The notes: generated by a model from the letters alone, not told the origin. Counted from the first letter of the stretch, positions 53,221 through 63,961 are shown. The stretch is DNA of 64,000 nucleotides from an uncultured Pelagibacteraceae bacterium (GCA_902537055.1 CACAZW010000004.1:1970-65969), one strand, 5' to 3'. Numbers and translations are program-made.

Positions 53221-54159
53221 ATGAGATTCATTTATTATATTTCTTTACTGACAATTCTAATCATTAGTAGTGCATATTCTAAAAATATTAGTATTAAAGA
53301 TATTAATTTCGAAGTTCCTGAGAGCCATATTTATATCGAGTATACCAATGATGAAGTTGAAGATTTTTTCCAGGAGTTTATTGATTCAGCAAATATCAAA
53401 ATTTACCTTATGGGACCTAAAAAATATGTTGATTTAGAAAGAGCCATCTTAAATGGCGAAGATGTTATGAATAATCAATATGCAAAATCAATCGTAAAAA
53501 AAATGGAAAAAAAGAATTTTAAAGACGAGGTCCAAGCTTCTAAGTGGGTAATGTCAGAAGTAAAAAAAATAATGAAAAAAGAGAAAATTGATTTTATATC
53601 TTATGTAATATTTTCGGACCAAAATCTTAAAAAAACTTTTTCTGATAATGATTTTTCAGGAATCATCGATGAGTTAAATCAGATGAACTCTTCTGAATTG
53701 GCTGAACAAACAAAAGAGATTAGAAAAATGATTACAAGTCTATCTGGTAATAATAAAAGTATTCCAATTAATGATGATATGACAATAAATTTATCAAAAT
53801 TTAAAATATCTAAAAGTAAAAATAATCAATTATATTTAAAATCTGCTGGTGATATTATTTATATATATGGTCCTATGAGGTTAGATATAGATTTAAATCT
53901 TTTTTTAACTGAGTACAATGACAAGGCAATTATGTTGATTTCAGCATGTTATGTTGATTGCTCTAAATTTAACTCTAAATTTGATAAAATGAGAAAAAAT
54001 TCTTTCAATAATATTAAAATTAATAAAACAAAAATAAATAATAATAACGAAATAAATTCTGATATAATTGAACAATTAGAGCAGTTAAATAGTTTGTATA
54101 AATCAGGTGTTTTAACCAAAGAAGAATTTGAAAAAGCTAAAAAGAAAATTTTAAATTAA
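53221..54159 (+). CDS. Exported protein with C-terminal SHOCT domain
   Basis: Signal peptide; C-terminal LEQLNSLYKSGVLTKEEFEKAKKKIL. Confidence 0.75.
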   Translation: MRFIYYISLLTILIISSAYSKNISIKDINFEVPESHIYIEYTNDEVEDFFQEFIDSANIKIYLMGPKKYVDLERAILNGEDVMNNQYAKSIVKKMEKKNFKDEVQASKWVMSEVKKIMKKEKIDFISYVIFSDQNLKKTFSDNDFSGIIDELNQMNSSELAEQTKEIRKMITSLSGNNKSIPINDDMTINLSKFKISKSKNNQLYLKSAGDIIYIYGPMRLDIDLNLFLTEYNDKAIMLISACYVDCSKFNSKFDKMRKNSFNNIKINKTKINNNNEINSDIIEQLEQLNSLYKSGVLTKEEFEKAKKKILN

Positions 54160-54879
54160 GTGAAAATATTTCCTGCAATAGACATTAAAGATAAAAAGTG
54201 CGTTAGATTAATCAAAGGCGATTTTGAAAATAAAACTGAATACGACATGTCTCCAGTGGAACAAGCAGGAAAATATAAAGATAATGGATTTAAAAATTTA
54301 CATATAGTTGATCTAGATGGAGCATTAACTGGAGATCCAATTAATATTGATATTATTCATGAAATTGTTGAAAAATTTGATCTTAAAGTAGAAATAGGAG
54401 GTGGAGTTAGAAATTTTGAAACTATACACAAATATATTGATACTGGTGTTGAAAAAGTAATTTTAGGAAGTGCTGCTATTAAAGATAGAAGATTTTTGGA
54501 AGAAGCATGTAAAAAATTTCAAAACCAAATCGCACTTGGTTTAGATGCAAAAGATGGTCATCTTGCGATTTCAGGCTGGACAGAAGAGTCTGATAAGTTA
54601 ACAACAGAATACTTAAAAAAAGTAAACAACTATGGAGTGAGCAGGATTATTTATACAGATATAAATAGAGACGGAACTAAGCAGAGTCCTAACTTTGAAG
54701 AAACTCAAAAGGTAGCTGAGATTTCAAACTGTCCAGTAGTTATATCTGGCGGCGTTTCTTCAGTTAATGACATTAAAAAAGCTAAAAATTTAAATAATAT
54801 CGAAGGTGTAATAGTTGGTAAAGCTATATACGATGGCGATATAAAGTTAGATGAACTTGCGCAAGAAATAGATGCTTAA
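54160..54879 (+). CDS. hisA: ProFAR isomerase HisA
   Basis: [19 protein letters not shown] and TDINRDG motifs. Confidence 0.97.
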   Translation: MKIFPAIDIKDKKCVRLIKGDFENKTEYDMSPVEQAGKYKDNGFKNLHIVDLDGALTGDPINIDIIHEIVEKFDLKVEIGGGVRNFETIHKYIDTGVEKVILGSAAIKDRRFLEEACKKFQNQIALGLDAKDGHLAISGWTEESDKLTTEYLKKVNNYGVSRIIYTDINRDGTKQSPNFEETQKVAEISNCPVVISGGVSSVNDIKKAKNLNNIEGVIVGKAIYDGDIKLDELAQEIDA

Positions 54880-55624
54880 AAATAGAATTATACCTTGTTT
54901 AGATGTTAAAAATGGTCGTGTTGTAAAAGGTATAAACTTTGTTGATCTTAAAGATGCAGGAGATCCTGTCGAACAAGCAAAAATTTATAGCGATGGCGGT
55001 GCAGATGAAATTTGCTTCTTAGATATCACTGCTTCAAATGAAAATAGAGATACTATCTATGAAGTTGTAGAGAAAACTTCTAAGAAATGTTTTGTACCAT
55101 TAACTGTAGGTGGCGGTGTTAGAAGTATTGATGATATTAATAAATTGCTTAATTGTGGGGCAGATAAAGTATCAATCAATACAGCAGCTGTTCAAAATGC
55201 AAAAGTTGTTGAAGATAGCTCTAGAAAATTTGGATCACAATGCATTGTTGTTGCAATTGATGCAAAGAGAAAAGATGATGGATGGGAAATCTTCACCCAT
55301 GGAGGAAGAAATCCAACTGGCATAAATGCATTAGAATTTGCATCTAAAATGGAAAAATGTGGTGCTGGTGAGTTATTGGTGACCTCTATGGATAAGGATG
55401 GAACTCAGTCTGGATATGACATTGAATTGATGCAAAAGATATCATCAATGGTCAATATTCCAGTTATTGCATCAGGCGGGGTTGGAACTTTAGATCACTT
55501 AGTTGATGGAATAAAATCAGGTGCAAGTGCTGTTTTAGCTGCATCTATATTCCATTATGGGACTTATTCAGTAAATGAAGCTAAGCAATATTTGGCTTCG
55601 AAAGATATACCTGTTAGGATTTAG
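54872..55624 (+). CDS. hisF: Imidazole glycerol phosphate synthase cyclase HisF
   Basis: [12 protein letters not shown] and AASIFH motifs. Confidence 0.98.
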   Translation: MLKNRIIPCLDVKNGRVVKGINFVDLKDAGDPVEQAKIYSDGGADEICFLDITASNENRDTIYEVVEKTSKKCFVPLTVGGGVRSIDDINKLLNCGADKVSINTAAVQNAKVVEDSSRKFGSQCIVVAIDAKRKDDGWEIFTHGGRNPTGINALEFASKMEKCGAGELLVTSMDKDGTQSGYDIELMQKISSMVNIPVIASGGVGTLDHLVDGIKSGASAVLAASIFHYGTYSVNEAKQYLASKDIPVRI

Positions 55625-55625
55625 T

Positions 55626-55898
55626 ATGTTAAAGATATTAGAAGATCTCGTAATCCTTGCAAGAGAGCGAAAAAGTAACCCTGTTGAAGGCTCGTACACT
55701 AATAAGCTTTTAGAGGATAAATCTTTAGCAAAAGAAAAAGTTTTAGAAGAAATAAATGAACTCATAGAAGCTGTAGAGCAAGACTCAAATAAAATCCATG
55801 AAGCAGCAGATGTTTTATATCACTTAATTATATATCTTGAAAAAAGTGGAATAAAAATTGAAGCAGTGATGGATGAACTAAATAACCGAAAAAAATAA
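55626..55898 (+). CDS. hisE: Phosphoribosyl-ATP diphosphatase
   Basis: SYT, KVLEE and EAADVLYH motifs; start re-called to ATG 55626. Confidence 0.93.
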   Translation: MLKILEDLVILARERKSNPVEGSYTNKLLEDKSLAKEKVLEEINELIEAVEQDSNKIHEAADVLYHLIIYLEKSGIKIEAVMDELNNRKK

Positions 55899-55899
55899 C

Positions 55900-57165
55900 T
55901 TACAATTTACCAGGTAACCAGGTTGAGAATATTGGAAAGAGTATCATTAGTATTCCATAAATTATTCCAACAACTGTAAATAACGGTACTTCTTTGAAAG
56001 CTTTAGCAGGATTTTCTCTGATCACACCTGCGGCTGTATATATACCAACACATACGGGGGGTGTGATCATTCCTATTCCTGCAAAGGCAACAAACACTAC
56101 ATAAAGATGAAGTAGGCTTTGATTAAATGATAATGTGATGGCTGCAAAAATCGGTACAGTCAAATAAAATACTGGAACTATTTCAATAAAAGTTCCAAGA
56201 ATTAAACAAATTGCTCCTAGCATTATCCAGAACAGATTTACACTCACACCTTTATCTGTAAAGAAGGCAATGATTTTTTGAGGAGCTTGAGTGTATGTTA
56301 AAACTACACTTAAGAATGTAGCAGTTGCAATAATCGCAAAAATTACAGCTGTTATGATTGCCGTTTCTCTTAAACAACTCATCAAAGATGAAAAAGTCAG
56401 TTCACGGTAAATTAAAAATCCAATGAGCACTGCATATACTCCTGCAACAGCGGCTGACTCAGATGGAGTTAGTATTCCAGCATAAATTCCACCTAAAATT
56501 ATCACTGGAGTGATCAATGCTGGTAGTGCAGCGATGAAGGAAGTTACTCTTTCTTTAAAAGATGCCTTCTCATCCGTTCTAATATGCCTGCATTTAAACA
56601 AAACTAGAAGAACCATCAAAACAAGTAAAACAAGCCCCGGAATAACGCCTGCAGCAAAAGTTTTGGATACAGGCACGTTCGTTAAAGCACTAAAAAGTAT
56701 GGCAGCATTAGATGGAGGTATTAGAGCCTCTAATAGAGCGGCTGAAGCAGCAAGTACAACAACGAACGGAGTTGGATAACCTTGTTCAATCATCTTTGGC
56801 ATCATAATTGTTCCAACAGCAGTAATAGCTGCAAGTATGGATCCACAAAAAGCTGCAAAGAAACCCATCGCAATAACCATCGCAACACCCAATCCACCAG
56901 GCCAATGTCCAACTAGTGTTGTTGTGAACTTAACTAATCTTGAAGCAGCGCCTCCTTTTAACATTGCCATTCCAGTAAATATAAATAAAGGAACAGCGAT
57001 AAGAACATGTTTTGTTAATGCACCGAATGAAACCTGAATTAAAACTGACCAAGGTAAATTTAATCCAGCAATTGCTGCTAAAGAACTCCCTAAACCAAAA
57101 ACTAAAAAAATCGGAACCGAAATAACTAATGTTATAAGAGAAATAATAAAAGCTAATCCAAACAT
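55900..57165 (-). CDS. TRAP transporter large permease (DctM family)
   Basis: AVPLF, IPPS, TPSE and TPPV motifs; about 12 TM. Confidence 0.93.
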   Translation of the reverse strand: MFGLAFIISLITLVISVPIFLVFGLGSSLAAIAGLNLPWSVLIQVSFGALTKHVLIAVPLFIFTGMAMLKGGAASRLVKFTTTLVGHWPGGLGVAMVIAMGFFAAFCGSILAAITAVGTIMMPKMIEQGYPTPFVVVLAASAALLEALIPPSNAAILFSALTNVPVSKTFAAGVIPGLVLLVLMVLLVLFKCRHIRTDEKASFKERVTSFIAALPALITPVIILGGIYAGILTPSESAAVAGVYAVLIGFLIYRELTFSSLMSCLRETAIITAVIFAIIATATFLSVVLTYTQAPQKIIAFFTDKGVSVNLFWIMLGAICLILGTFIEIVPVFYLTVPIFAAITLSFNQSLLHLYVVFVAFAGIGMITPPVCVGIYTAAGVIRENPAKAFKEVPLFTVVGIIYGILMILFPIFSTWLPGKL

Positions 57166-57660
57166 TTATTCTTTACCTAAAAGTTTTTTATAATTATCTA
57201 AAATTAGCTCTAATGAGGTTAAGGCTAAAATTAAAAAACCAACTGGAAAAGCTAAAAACATCCACCAGATGGGAATATTAATTTCTAATTCCATCATCTG
57301 GCCCAAATTGTAATACATTGTTGTTGCATCAACTCCTGCTTTAAAGAAGATACACGCAGAAATTAGAGCTATTAAATTTACAATTGTTCCAATAATATTT
57401 TTTGACTTTTCAGATAAATAATGACTTAAAAAATCTACTTTAATATGTTGTCCTTGCTTTAATAAAGGACCAAGTAATGGAAAAACCAACCAACTCACCA
57501 TTACAGGCGGTAATTCAATAAACCACGCAAATCCTGTACCTGTGATAAATCTTGTTGTGGCGCTTAATGCTAGAGCTGCCACCATTAAAAAGACTATGAA
57601 CATTGCAAGCGAAACTGCAGCTTTTGCTAGCAAGTTGTTAATAGCTCGCAATGCTCTCAT
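57166..57660 (-). CDS. TRAP transporter small permease (DctQ family)
   Basis: 4 TM; W..EL and HIKVD motifs. Confidence 0.9.
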   Translation of the reverse strand: MRALRAINNLLAKAAVSLAMFIVFLMVAALALSATTRFITGTGFAWFIELPPVMVSWLVFPLLGPLLKQGQHIKVDFLSHYLSEKSKNIIGTIVNLIALISACIFFKAGVDATTMYYNLGQMMELEINIPIWWMFLAFPVGFLILALTSLELILDNYKKLLGKE

Positions 57661-57688
57661 AATCTATATAGAAAAAGTTTAACTTCTT

Positions 57689-58705
57689 CTAATTACTATT
57701 AGCATATGCTTGTGCTGCCTCTAAAGCATCAGCATCAATCATTTTAGCCATTGCTGGCATTACTTCATCTTTCATAAGCTTATCAAACTTATCTTTTTCA
57801 GCGCCCGAAAGTGTAGTAACAACTCCACCTCTTTCTTGGAATTTTTTAAGAGTGCTTTCTCCAGTATCCATAATTAAGTCAGTTGATCGTTTTCCAACTT
57901 CTTTACCAACATCCATTATGATTTTTTGTAAGTCTGGAGACAAACTATTAAACCAAGTAGAATTAGCCATAATATATGCATCGGCATAATATTGATAAGG
58001 TTTTTGAGCGTATTTCAGGAACTCCCACCAGCTATATGCCTCAATACTTCCAGGAGGACTGTTTATTGTATCAATCATTCCAGTTTGTAATGACGTGTAA
58101 ACTTCACCAGTAGGCAAAGATACTCGGTTTGCTCCTAAAGCATCCCACATTGGTTCTTCACTTTTTAAAAGTCTTCTAGCCTTAAGCCCTTTCATAGCAT
58201 CGATACCTGTTAACTCTTTAGCACTTGAAAAAGTCATTACAGGTCCAACTGGGTTATACATTACTAATGTTGAATTAGTCTTTTTTGTTAACTCACCCCA
58301 AATTTCTTTTCCTTTTGGCGAGTTTTGGAAAAAACCTCTTTGTTGTTCCCATGAATTAAATAATCCTGGAAATGAAGCAACGTTAAAGTTTTTATTAATT
58401 GGTGGAAAACTTACTACACCAACAATTCCTCCAAGTTCGACTGCACCAGAAGTTACTGCTCCCATTACTTCTCTAATTCCAAACAATTGTTTAGATGGAT
58501 AAACCTCTATTTTTAATTTTCCTTTTGCTCTTTTATTAACTTCGTCAGCAAAAATTTGTGCATGTTTTGCACTGTGGTGTTTCGGACTCCAGTGAACAGA
58601 TAAACGTCCAACTATCTCCGAAAAGGCAGCTGTTGAAGTAAGAACAAAAGAAAAAATAAATGTTAAATTAATAATAACTTTATAAATTGATTTTATATTA
58701 TTCAT
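57689..58705 (-). CDS. TRAP substrate-binding protein (DctP family)
   Basis: Signal peptide; VYPSKQL, KGLKAR and EVYTSLQTGMID motifs; GGGAGG SD. Confidence 0.92.
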   Translation of the reverse strand: MNNIKSIYKVIINLTFIFSFVLTSTAAFSEIVGRLSVHWSPKHHSAKHAQIFADEVNKRAKGKLKIEVYPSKQLFGIREVMGAVTSGAVELGGIVGVVSFPPINKNFNVASFPGLFNSWEQQRGFFQNSPKGKEIWGELTKKTNSTLVMYNPVGPVMTFSSAKELTGIDAMKGLKARRLLKSEEPMWDALGANRVSLPTGEVYTSLQTGMIDTINSPPGSIEAYSWWEFLKYAQKPYQYYADAYIMANSTWFNSLSPDLQKIIMDVGKEVGKRSTDLIMDTGESTLKKFQERGGVVTTLSGAEKDKFDKLMKDEVMPAMAKMIDADALEAAQAYANSN

Positions 58706-58803
58706 TTTTTCCTCCCTTTTTTAATATATTATCTTATTATTTGGATATATTTTAACAATGCAAATTTTATGAATTTTTAATAAAATAAAAATTCTTATTA
58801 AAT

Positions 58804-59277
58804 ATGAAGCATAAAGGTTTTACTTTAATAGAACTTTTAGTTGTTGTTGCTATTATTGGTATTTTAGCTGCAGTTGGAATAGTTGCATACAGCGGTTATA
58901 CTGTATCTGCAAAAAAAAAAGTCTGTCAAGATAATCATTATAAAATTGTTAAAATTATTAAGGAAAAAAAAGCATTTTGTGAATTTGAGAGTTCAATTAA
59001 ATTAAGAACATGGTACAGCGGTCATAAACAAGGCGCAGAATATAAATTTAATTGTTCAAATAATTTTGGAATATTAGCTCAAAATGTCGGAATACATATG
59101 ACAAATTTTCTAAAAAATATTTATAGTCCGAATGATCACTGGGGTTACTCCTGGATTGGAAATAGTGGAACACCAACCACAGAAGGACAAACTTTCTATT
59201 TTACTAAAAATAATTCAATTAGAATTAGAACTCTTTGTGACGGGAATATTCTCGAAACGACGATAGTTGGTAATTGA
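58804..59277 (+). CDS. Type IV pilin-like protein
   Basis: Class III signal KG|FTLIELLVVVAIIGILAAV; four Cys in the globular domain. Confidence 0.9.
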   Translation: MKHKGFTLIELLVVVAIIGILAAVGIVAYSGYTVSAKKKVCQDNHYKIVKIIKEKKAFCEFESSIKLRTWYSGHKQGAEYKFNCSNNFGILAQNVGIHMTNFLKNIYSPNDHWGYSWIGNSGTPTTEGQTFYFTKNNSIRIRTLCDGNILETTIVGN

Positions 59278-59316
59278 TAGATTTGTTTATTATATATATA
59301 ATTTTTTAATAATATA

Positions 59317-59682
59317 ATGAGTTACGATAATAATAATATTTTTGCAAAAATTTTAAGAGGTGAGATTCCTTGTAACAAAATTTATGAAGATAGTTATGTC
59401 CTATCTTTCTATGATATTAATCCACAAAAAAAAATTCATGCTTTGATAATACCAAAAGGAAAGTATGTTGACTTAGATGATTTCAATACAAATGCTTCAA
59501 ACGATGAAATTGTGGGGTTAATGAAGGGAATAACCATAGTCTCAAAAAAATTGGGAATATCTTCTATTGATGGAAAAGGTTATAGAGCTCTTGCTAATGT
59601 AAGTGACTATGGTGGCCAAGAGGTTCCACACTTACATTTCCATTTATTCGGTGGTGAAAAAGTTGGAAAAATGGTCTCGTGA
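59317..59682 (+). CDS. HIT-family nucleotide-binding protein
   Basis: NIFAKI and GQEVPHLHFH motifs. Confidence 0.93.
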   Translation: MSYDNNNIFAKILRGEIPCNKIYEDSYVLSFYDINPQKKIHALIIPKGKYVDLDDFNTNASNDEIVGLMKGITIVSKKLGISSIDGKGYRALANVSDYGGQEVPHLHFHLFGGEKVGKMVS

Positions 59683-60191
59683 TCACTAAAGTAGATAGAA
59701 AATACTTGGAGATTAATTCAGTAGATGAAATTAATTTGTCAGAAAAACCAACAAGTGATTGCAAAGTAAAAAAAAAAAATCCACCAGATTTTCAAATTAA
59801 TAAATTTTTTTACAAGCAAATTGGTAAAAGTTATCGTTGGATAGATAGATTAATTTGGAATGATACTAAATGGACAGATTATACTAATAATTCAAATTTG
59901 GAGACTTATATACTTACTGAAAACAAGGATTTAATTGGCTTTTTTGAACTTCTTTTTTATCCTGAGACGAGAAAATGTGAAGTAGCGTATTTTGGTATCC
60001 TTGATCAATTTATAGGAAAAAAATATGGAGGTTATCTTCTATCAGAAGCTTTGAAATTAGGATTTAGAAAAAACACTGAAAAAGTTTGGTTGCATACATG
60101 TTCTCTAGATCACAAACATGCTTTAAAAAACTATTTAGGTAGGGGAATGAAAATTTTCAAATCCGAAACTATAAATTTGGATATTAGTTGA
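59679..60191 (+). CDS. GNAT-family acetyltransferase
   Basis: YFG..IGKKYG, WLHTCSLDH and Y..RG motifs. Confidence 0.88.
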   Translation: MITKVDRKYLEINSVDEINLSEKPTSDCKVKKKNPPDFQINKFFYKQIGKSYRWIDRLIWNDTKWTDYTNNSNLETYILTENKDLIGFFELLFYPETRKCEVAYFGILDQFIGKKYGGYLLSEALKLGFRKNTEKVWLHTCSLDHKHALKNYLGRGMKIFKSETINLDIS

Positions 60192-60738
60192 TATAATTTT
60201 GAACTCTAAATAATCTTTCATCAATCATTATATTTGTTTCTATATTAGACAATTTTGTTTCAACTTTGTTAAGATAAACGTCAGTTGTAGTCCATCCTTT
60301 AATTTCATAACTAATTTTATCAAAATAAATATTTAATAAATTATTGTTATGTACAATTTTAAAAGAGAACGTTTCATCATTCTCTTTAATCGTTTCAACT
60401 TGATCTAGTTTGTCTAATAGAAATTTTTTATCCAAGATTAAATTAAGAGGAGTATCTTTAAGTTGGTACCTTATATAATTTGTAATTTTTTGACTATTTA
60501 TCACGAGTGATCTTCCGTTAGAGACTAAAATTTTATTATAAATATCATCATATTTACATAAAATTTTTTTTGGGTACAAAATTATACATTTTCCTTTCTC
60601 AGTTTTTTTTCCAATTTTTTGTATAAATTTAAAAGACATGTTATTTGTCTCTTTTAATTTATTTTTTATTTGCTCTGTTGATGATGCAAAAATATTTGAG
60701 GGATAAAAAAATATTAAAAAGAAAATTATATATCTCAC
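60184..60738 (-). CDS. lolA: Outer-membrane lipoprotein carrier LolA
   Basis: Signal peptide; FIQ, VSNG and TPL motifs; ftsK-lolA synteny. Confidence 0.8.
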   Translation of the reverse strand: MRYIIFFLIFFYPSNIFASSTEQIKNKLKETNNMSFKFIQKIGKKTEKGKCIILYPKKILCKYDDIYNKILVSNGRSLVINSQKITNYIRYQLKDTPLNLILDKKFLLDKLDQVETIKENDETFSFKIVHNNNLLNIYFDKISYEIKGWTTTDVYLNKVETKLSNIETNIMIDERLFRVQNYIN

Positions 60739-62816
60739 TATTTTAAAACCTCTCTTTTACCAACATGATTTGCTTTACTAACTTCACCATTAGCTTCCAT
60801 TTGATCAATAATTCTTGCAGCTCTATTGTATCCAATTTGTAATTTTCTTTGCAAAAATGAAGTAGATGCCTTTCTTTCTGATTTAATTATTTCTAATGCA
60901 TCACCATACAATTCATCTGTATCAGAATTATCGTTATTTTTTTCACCAATTTCTTTTTCGTCAGCAAAATTCAAAATTTCATCAACATAATCTGGCTCTG
61001 CTTGATTTCTCAGGAAGTTATTTATTTTATCAATCTCTATTTCAGATACATAAGGTGCATGTATTCTAGTAATTCTGTTTGCAGAAGACATATATAACAT
61101 ATCTCCTTTACCTAAAAGTTGCTCGGCTCCTTGCTCACCTAAAATTGTTCTGCTATCAATTTTAGAGGTTACTTGAAATGAAATACGGGTAGGAAAATTA
61201 GCTTTTATTGTTCCAGTTATTACGTCTACACTCGGCCTTTGTGTGGCCATTATTATATGAATTCCAGCCGCTCTAGCCATTTGTGATAATTTTTGAATAT
61301 AGTTTTCTATTTCTTTTCCAGCTACCAACATGAGATCTGACATTTCATCAACTATTACAACAATATAAGGCATCTTAACTTTATGCTTTTCGTTATATCC
61401 ATCAATATTCCTTACACCTACTTTTGTCATTAATCTGTATCTACTTTCCATTTCTTTAACTACCCAACCTAAAACAGACGCTGCCTTTTTTGCTTCAGTA
61501 ATAACAGGACATAATAAATGTGGTATCCCTTCATAGGTTGAAAGTTCAAGCATTTTAGGATCGATCAAAATAAATTTACAGACGTCTGGGGTATGTTTGT
61601 AAATGAGTGATAGGATAATTGTATTAATACATACTGATTTCCCTGAACCAGTAGTTCCTGCTATTAATAAATGAGGCATTGAACTTAAATCGCTAGTTAT
61701 TGGTTCTCCAGATATACTTTTACCAAGAGCAATAGGTAATTTAATTTCTCTTTTTTTAAAATTCTTATCTGAAATTATTTCTCTTAAAAAAACATTTTCT
61801 CTGGATATCTTTGGTAGTTCAATACCAACAGTATTACTCCCGGGTATTGTGGCTATTCTAGCAGACTCTGAACTTGTATTTCTAGCAATATCTTCTGCTA
61901 AATTTATTATTTTGGAAACTTTAACCCCAGCCGCAGGCTCAAATTCATTGAGAGAAACAACGGGTCCATGACTTATTTTTTTTATTTTCCCTTCAACACC
62001 AAAATCAAGAAGAATTTTTTCTAAACCTTCTGCGTCTATTTTAATATCGTCTTTTTTATTAGAGCCTTTCTCTGGTTTTTTTAAAAAATCAATTAAAGGT
62101 AATTTAATTTTTACATCATTTAAAATTGATTTGTTATTAGAAAACAAATCTTCTTGTACAGGGGTTTCCTTAGATCTTTCAATTATAGTATTTTCTTTAA
62201 AAGTATTTTCTTGAGAAATTAAATCTTCTTTTTTTGATGAAAATAGTTTTTTTATCATAGTGAAAGAAATTAAAATATGAGAAATTTTGAAATTACTGCT
62301 TAGCAAAAAAAATAATAAAATAAAAAATATTAATAAATAGTAACTCACTGTTTGATTAATTTTCAAAAAATCTGCAATTACAGTTTCTGACATTAAATCG
62401 CCAACAAAACCGTTGTTCCCACTTATTATTAGCCAATAGGTTTCCTTATGAAAAATACCAAAGAAAAAAGTTGCAACAATAATGTAAAGAATTATGAAAA
62501 AAATATTTTCTATAATAATAATAAATTTTTTGTTAATTGTTATTGATATTCCTGTAAATAGAAGAGATATAGGAATTAAAAGTGATATTAAACCAATTGA
62601 TTGAAAAAATATATCAGCGATGAAGCTTCCCCTAAATCCAAGTAAATTTCTTATCTCCTGATTTTCTGGAAATATAAAATTTGGATCTTCTGGTGAATAG
62701 CTAATTAAAGATATAAAAAGTAATATAGAGGCGAGCACCAGAAAAATACCAACTAATTCAGCCAATCTCTTTATGATAAATTCGTTTATTTTATTGATAT
62801 AATTTTTAAATATCAT
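60738..62816 (-). CDS. ftsK: DNA translocase FtsK
   Basis: TM N-domain; GTTGSGKS, IDPK and ATQRPS motifs; gamma domain IGYNRAAR. Confidence 0.97.
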   Translation of the reverse strand: MIFKNYINKINEFIIKRLAELVGIFLVLASILLFISLISYSPEDPNFIFPENQEIRNLLGFRGSFIADIFFQSIGLISLLIPISLLFTGISITINKKFIIIIENIFFIILYIIVATFFFGIFHKETYWLIISGNNGFVGDLMSETVIADFLKINQTVSYYLLIFFILLFFLLSSNFKISHILISFTMIKKLFSSKKEDLISQENTFKENTIIERSKETPVQEDLFSNNKSILNDVKIKLPLIDFLKKPEKGSNKKDDIKIDAEGLEKILLDFGVEGKIKKISHGPVVSLNEFEPAAGVKVSKIINLAEDIARNTSSESARIATIPGSNTVGIELPKISRENVFLREIISDKNFKKREIKLPIALGKSISGEPITSDLSSMPHLLIAGTTGSGKSVCINTIILSLIYKHTPDVCKFILIDPKMLELSTYEGIPHLLCPVITEAKKAASVLGWVVKEMESRYRLMTKVGVRNIDGYNEKHKVKMPYIVVIVDEMSDLMLVAGKEIENYIQKLSQMARAAGIHIIMATQRPSVDVITGTIKANFPTRISFQVTSKIDSRTILGEQGAEQLLGKGDMLYMSSANRITRIHAPYVSEIEIDKINNFLRNQAEPDYVDEILNFADEKEIGEKNNDNSDTDELYGDALEIIKSERKASTSFLQRKLQIGYNRAARIIDQMEANGEVSKANHVGKREVLK

Positions 62817-62877
62817 GAATCAAAACTGCTTTTGTCACTTTGTATCATTTAATTTTTATTGTTAAAATTATTTTGTT

Positions 62878-63960
62878 ATGAAAATTTGTCTTATAGGCCA
62901 AAATTTAACAAATTTGATTCTCGCCAACGTTTTTGAGGAAAAAAAACTCAATGTTGACATATATTTAAATAAAAAATTTCAAAACATTAAAACAGATAGA
63001 ACAATAGCTTTATCAAGCGAAAATTTTGATTATTTGAAATTTTTAACAAAATCCAACATTAAACCCTGGAAAAGTAAAGAAATTAAAATTTTTACAGAAA
63101 GTTCTCAATCTAAAGAGATTATTAATTTTAACAAAAAAAACAAAGAAGTTTTTAATTTAGTATCTTACTCAAAATTAAATGAAATTTTTTTTAAAAAAAT
63201 AAAAAAATCAAAATTTATTAAATTAAATTATTCAGATACTTCTAATTCACTTATTCTAAATAAAATTAAAAAATATGATTTAGTTATTAATAGTGAAAAC
63301 AAAAATTTTATTTCAAATAAATTTTTTACAAATAAAATAAAAAAAAATTATAGAAGTAGAGCATATACATTTCTAATAAATCATCGTCGCAAAGATAATT
63401 ACACTGCCATCCAAGTTTTTACGAAATTTGGACCTTTAGCATTTCTGCCATTATCTAATACTAAAACTTCAGTTGTTTTTTCTTACAAGGGAGTGGAAAT
63501 AGATGATAAGAAAATTCTCGATATATTTAAAAAATATAATTCTTTTTATGCATTTACTAAAATTAATAAAATTGAAAATTTTAGTCTGAGTTTTGAAATG
63601 CTTAGAAATTATACTTATAGTAATATTCTTGCTTTTGGTGATTTAATACATCGTATACACCCCCTTGCAGGGCAAGGATTTAACATGACAATCAGGGATA
63701 TTAAAATAATGTCTAAAATAGTAAATGATAGAATATCTCTAGGCCTTCCAATAGATATCTCTGTTGCTGAAGACTTCCAAAATTCTACAAAACACCTTAA
63801 TTATCTTTATGGAAAAGCCATTGATGGTATATATGAATTTTTTAGATTAGATAGCGATATTAATAATTCAATTTCAAAACCAGTTTTTAGTATTCTAAAT
63901 AAAAATTCTATTTTTAAAAAATATTCTAATATTTTATCAGATAAAGGATTTAATTTATAA
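62878..63960 (+). CDS. UbiH/UbiL-family flavin monooxygenase (divergent)
   Basis: RTIAL, GPLAFLP and GD..H.IHPLAGQGFN motifs; divergent from ftsK. Confidence 0.8.
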   Translation: MKICLIGQNLTNLILANVFEEKKLNVDIYLNKKFQNIKTDRTIALSSENFDYLKFLTKSNIKPWKSKEIKIFTESSQSKEIINFNKKNKEVFNLVSYSKLNEIFFKKIKKSKFIKLNYSDTSNSLILNKIKKYDLVINSENKNFISNKFFTNKIKKNYRSRAYTFLINHRRKDNYTAIQVFTKFGPLAFLPLSNTKTSVVFSYKGVEIDDKKILDIFKKYNSFYAFTKINKIENFSLSFEMLRNYTYSNILAFGDLIHRIHPLAGQGFNMTIRDIKIMSKIVNDRISLGLPIDISVAEDFQNSTKHLNYLYGKAIDGIYEFFRLDSDINNSISKPVFSILNKNSIFKKYSNILSDKGFNL

Positions 63961-63961
63961 A

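Noticed and set aside
894-57037. Many 60-120 aa ORFs antisense to or nested in core genes (e.g. 894-1091, 21451-21810, 49180-49527, 56510-56779)
   Set aside because: Shadow frames of well-supported genes with no recognisable motifs
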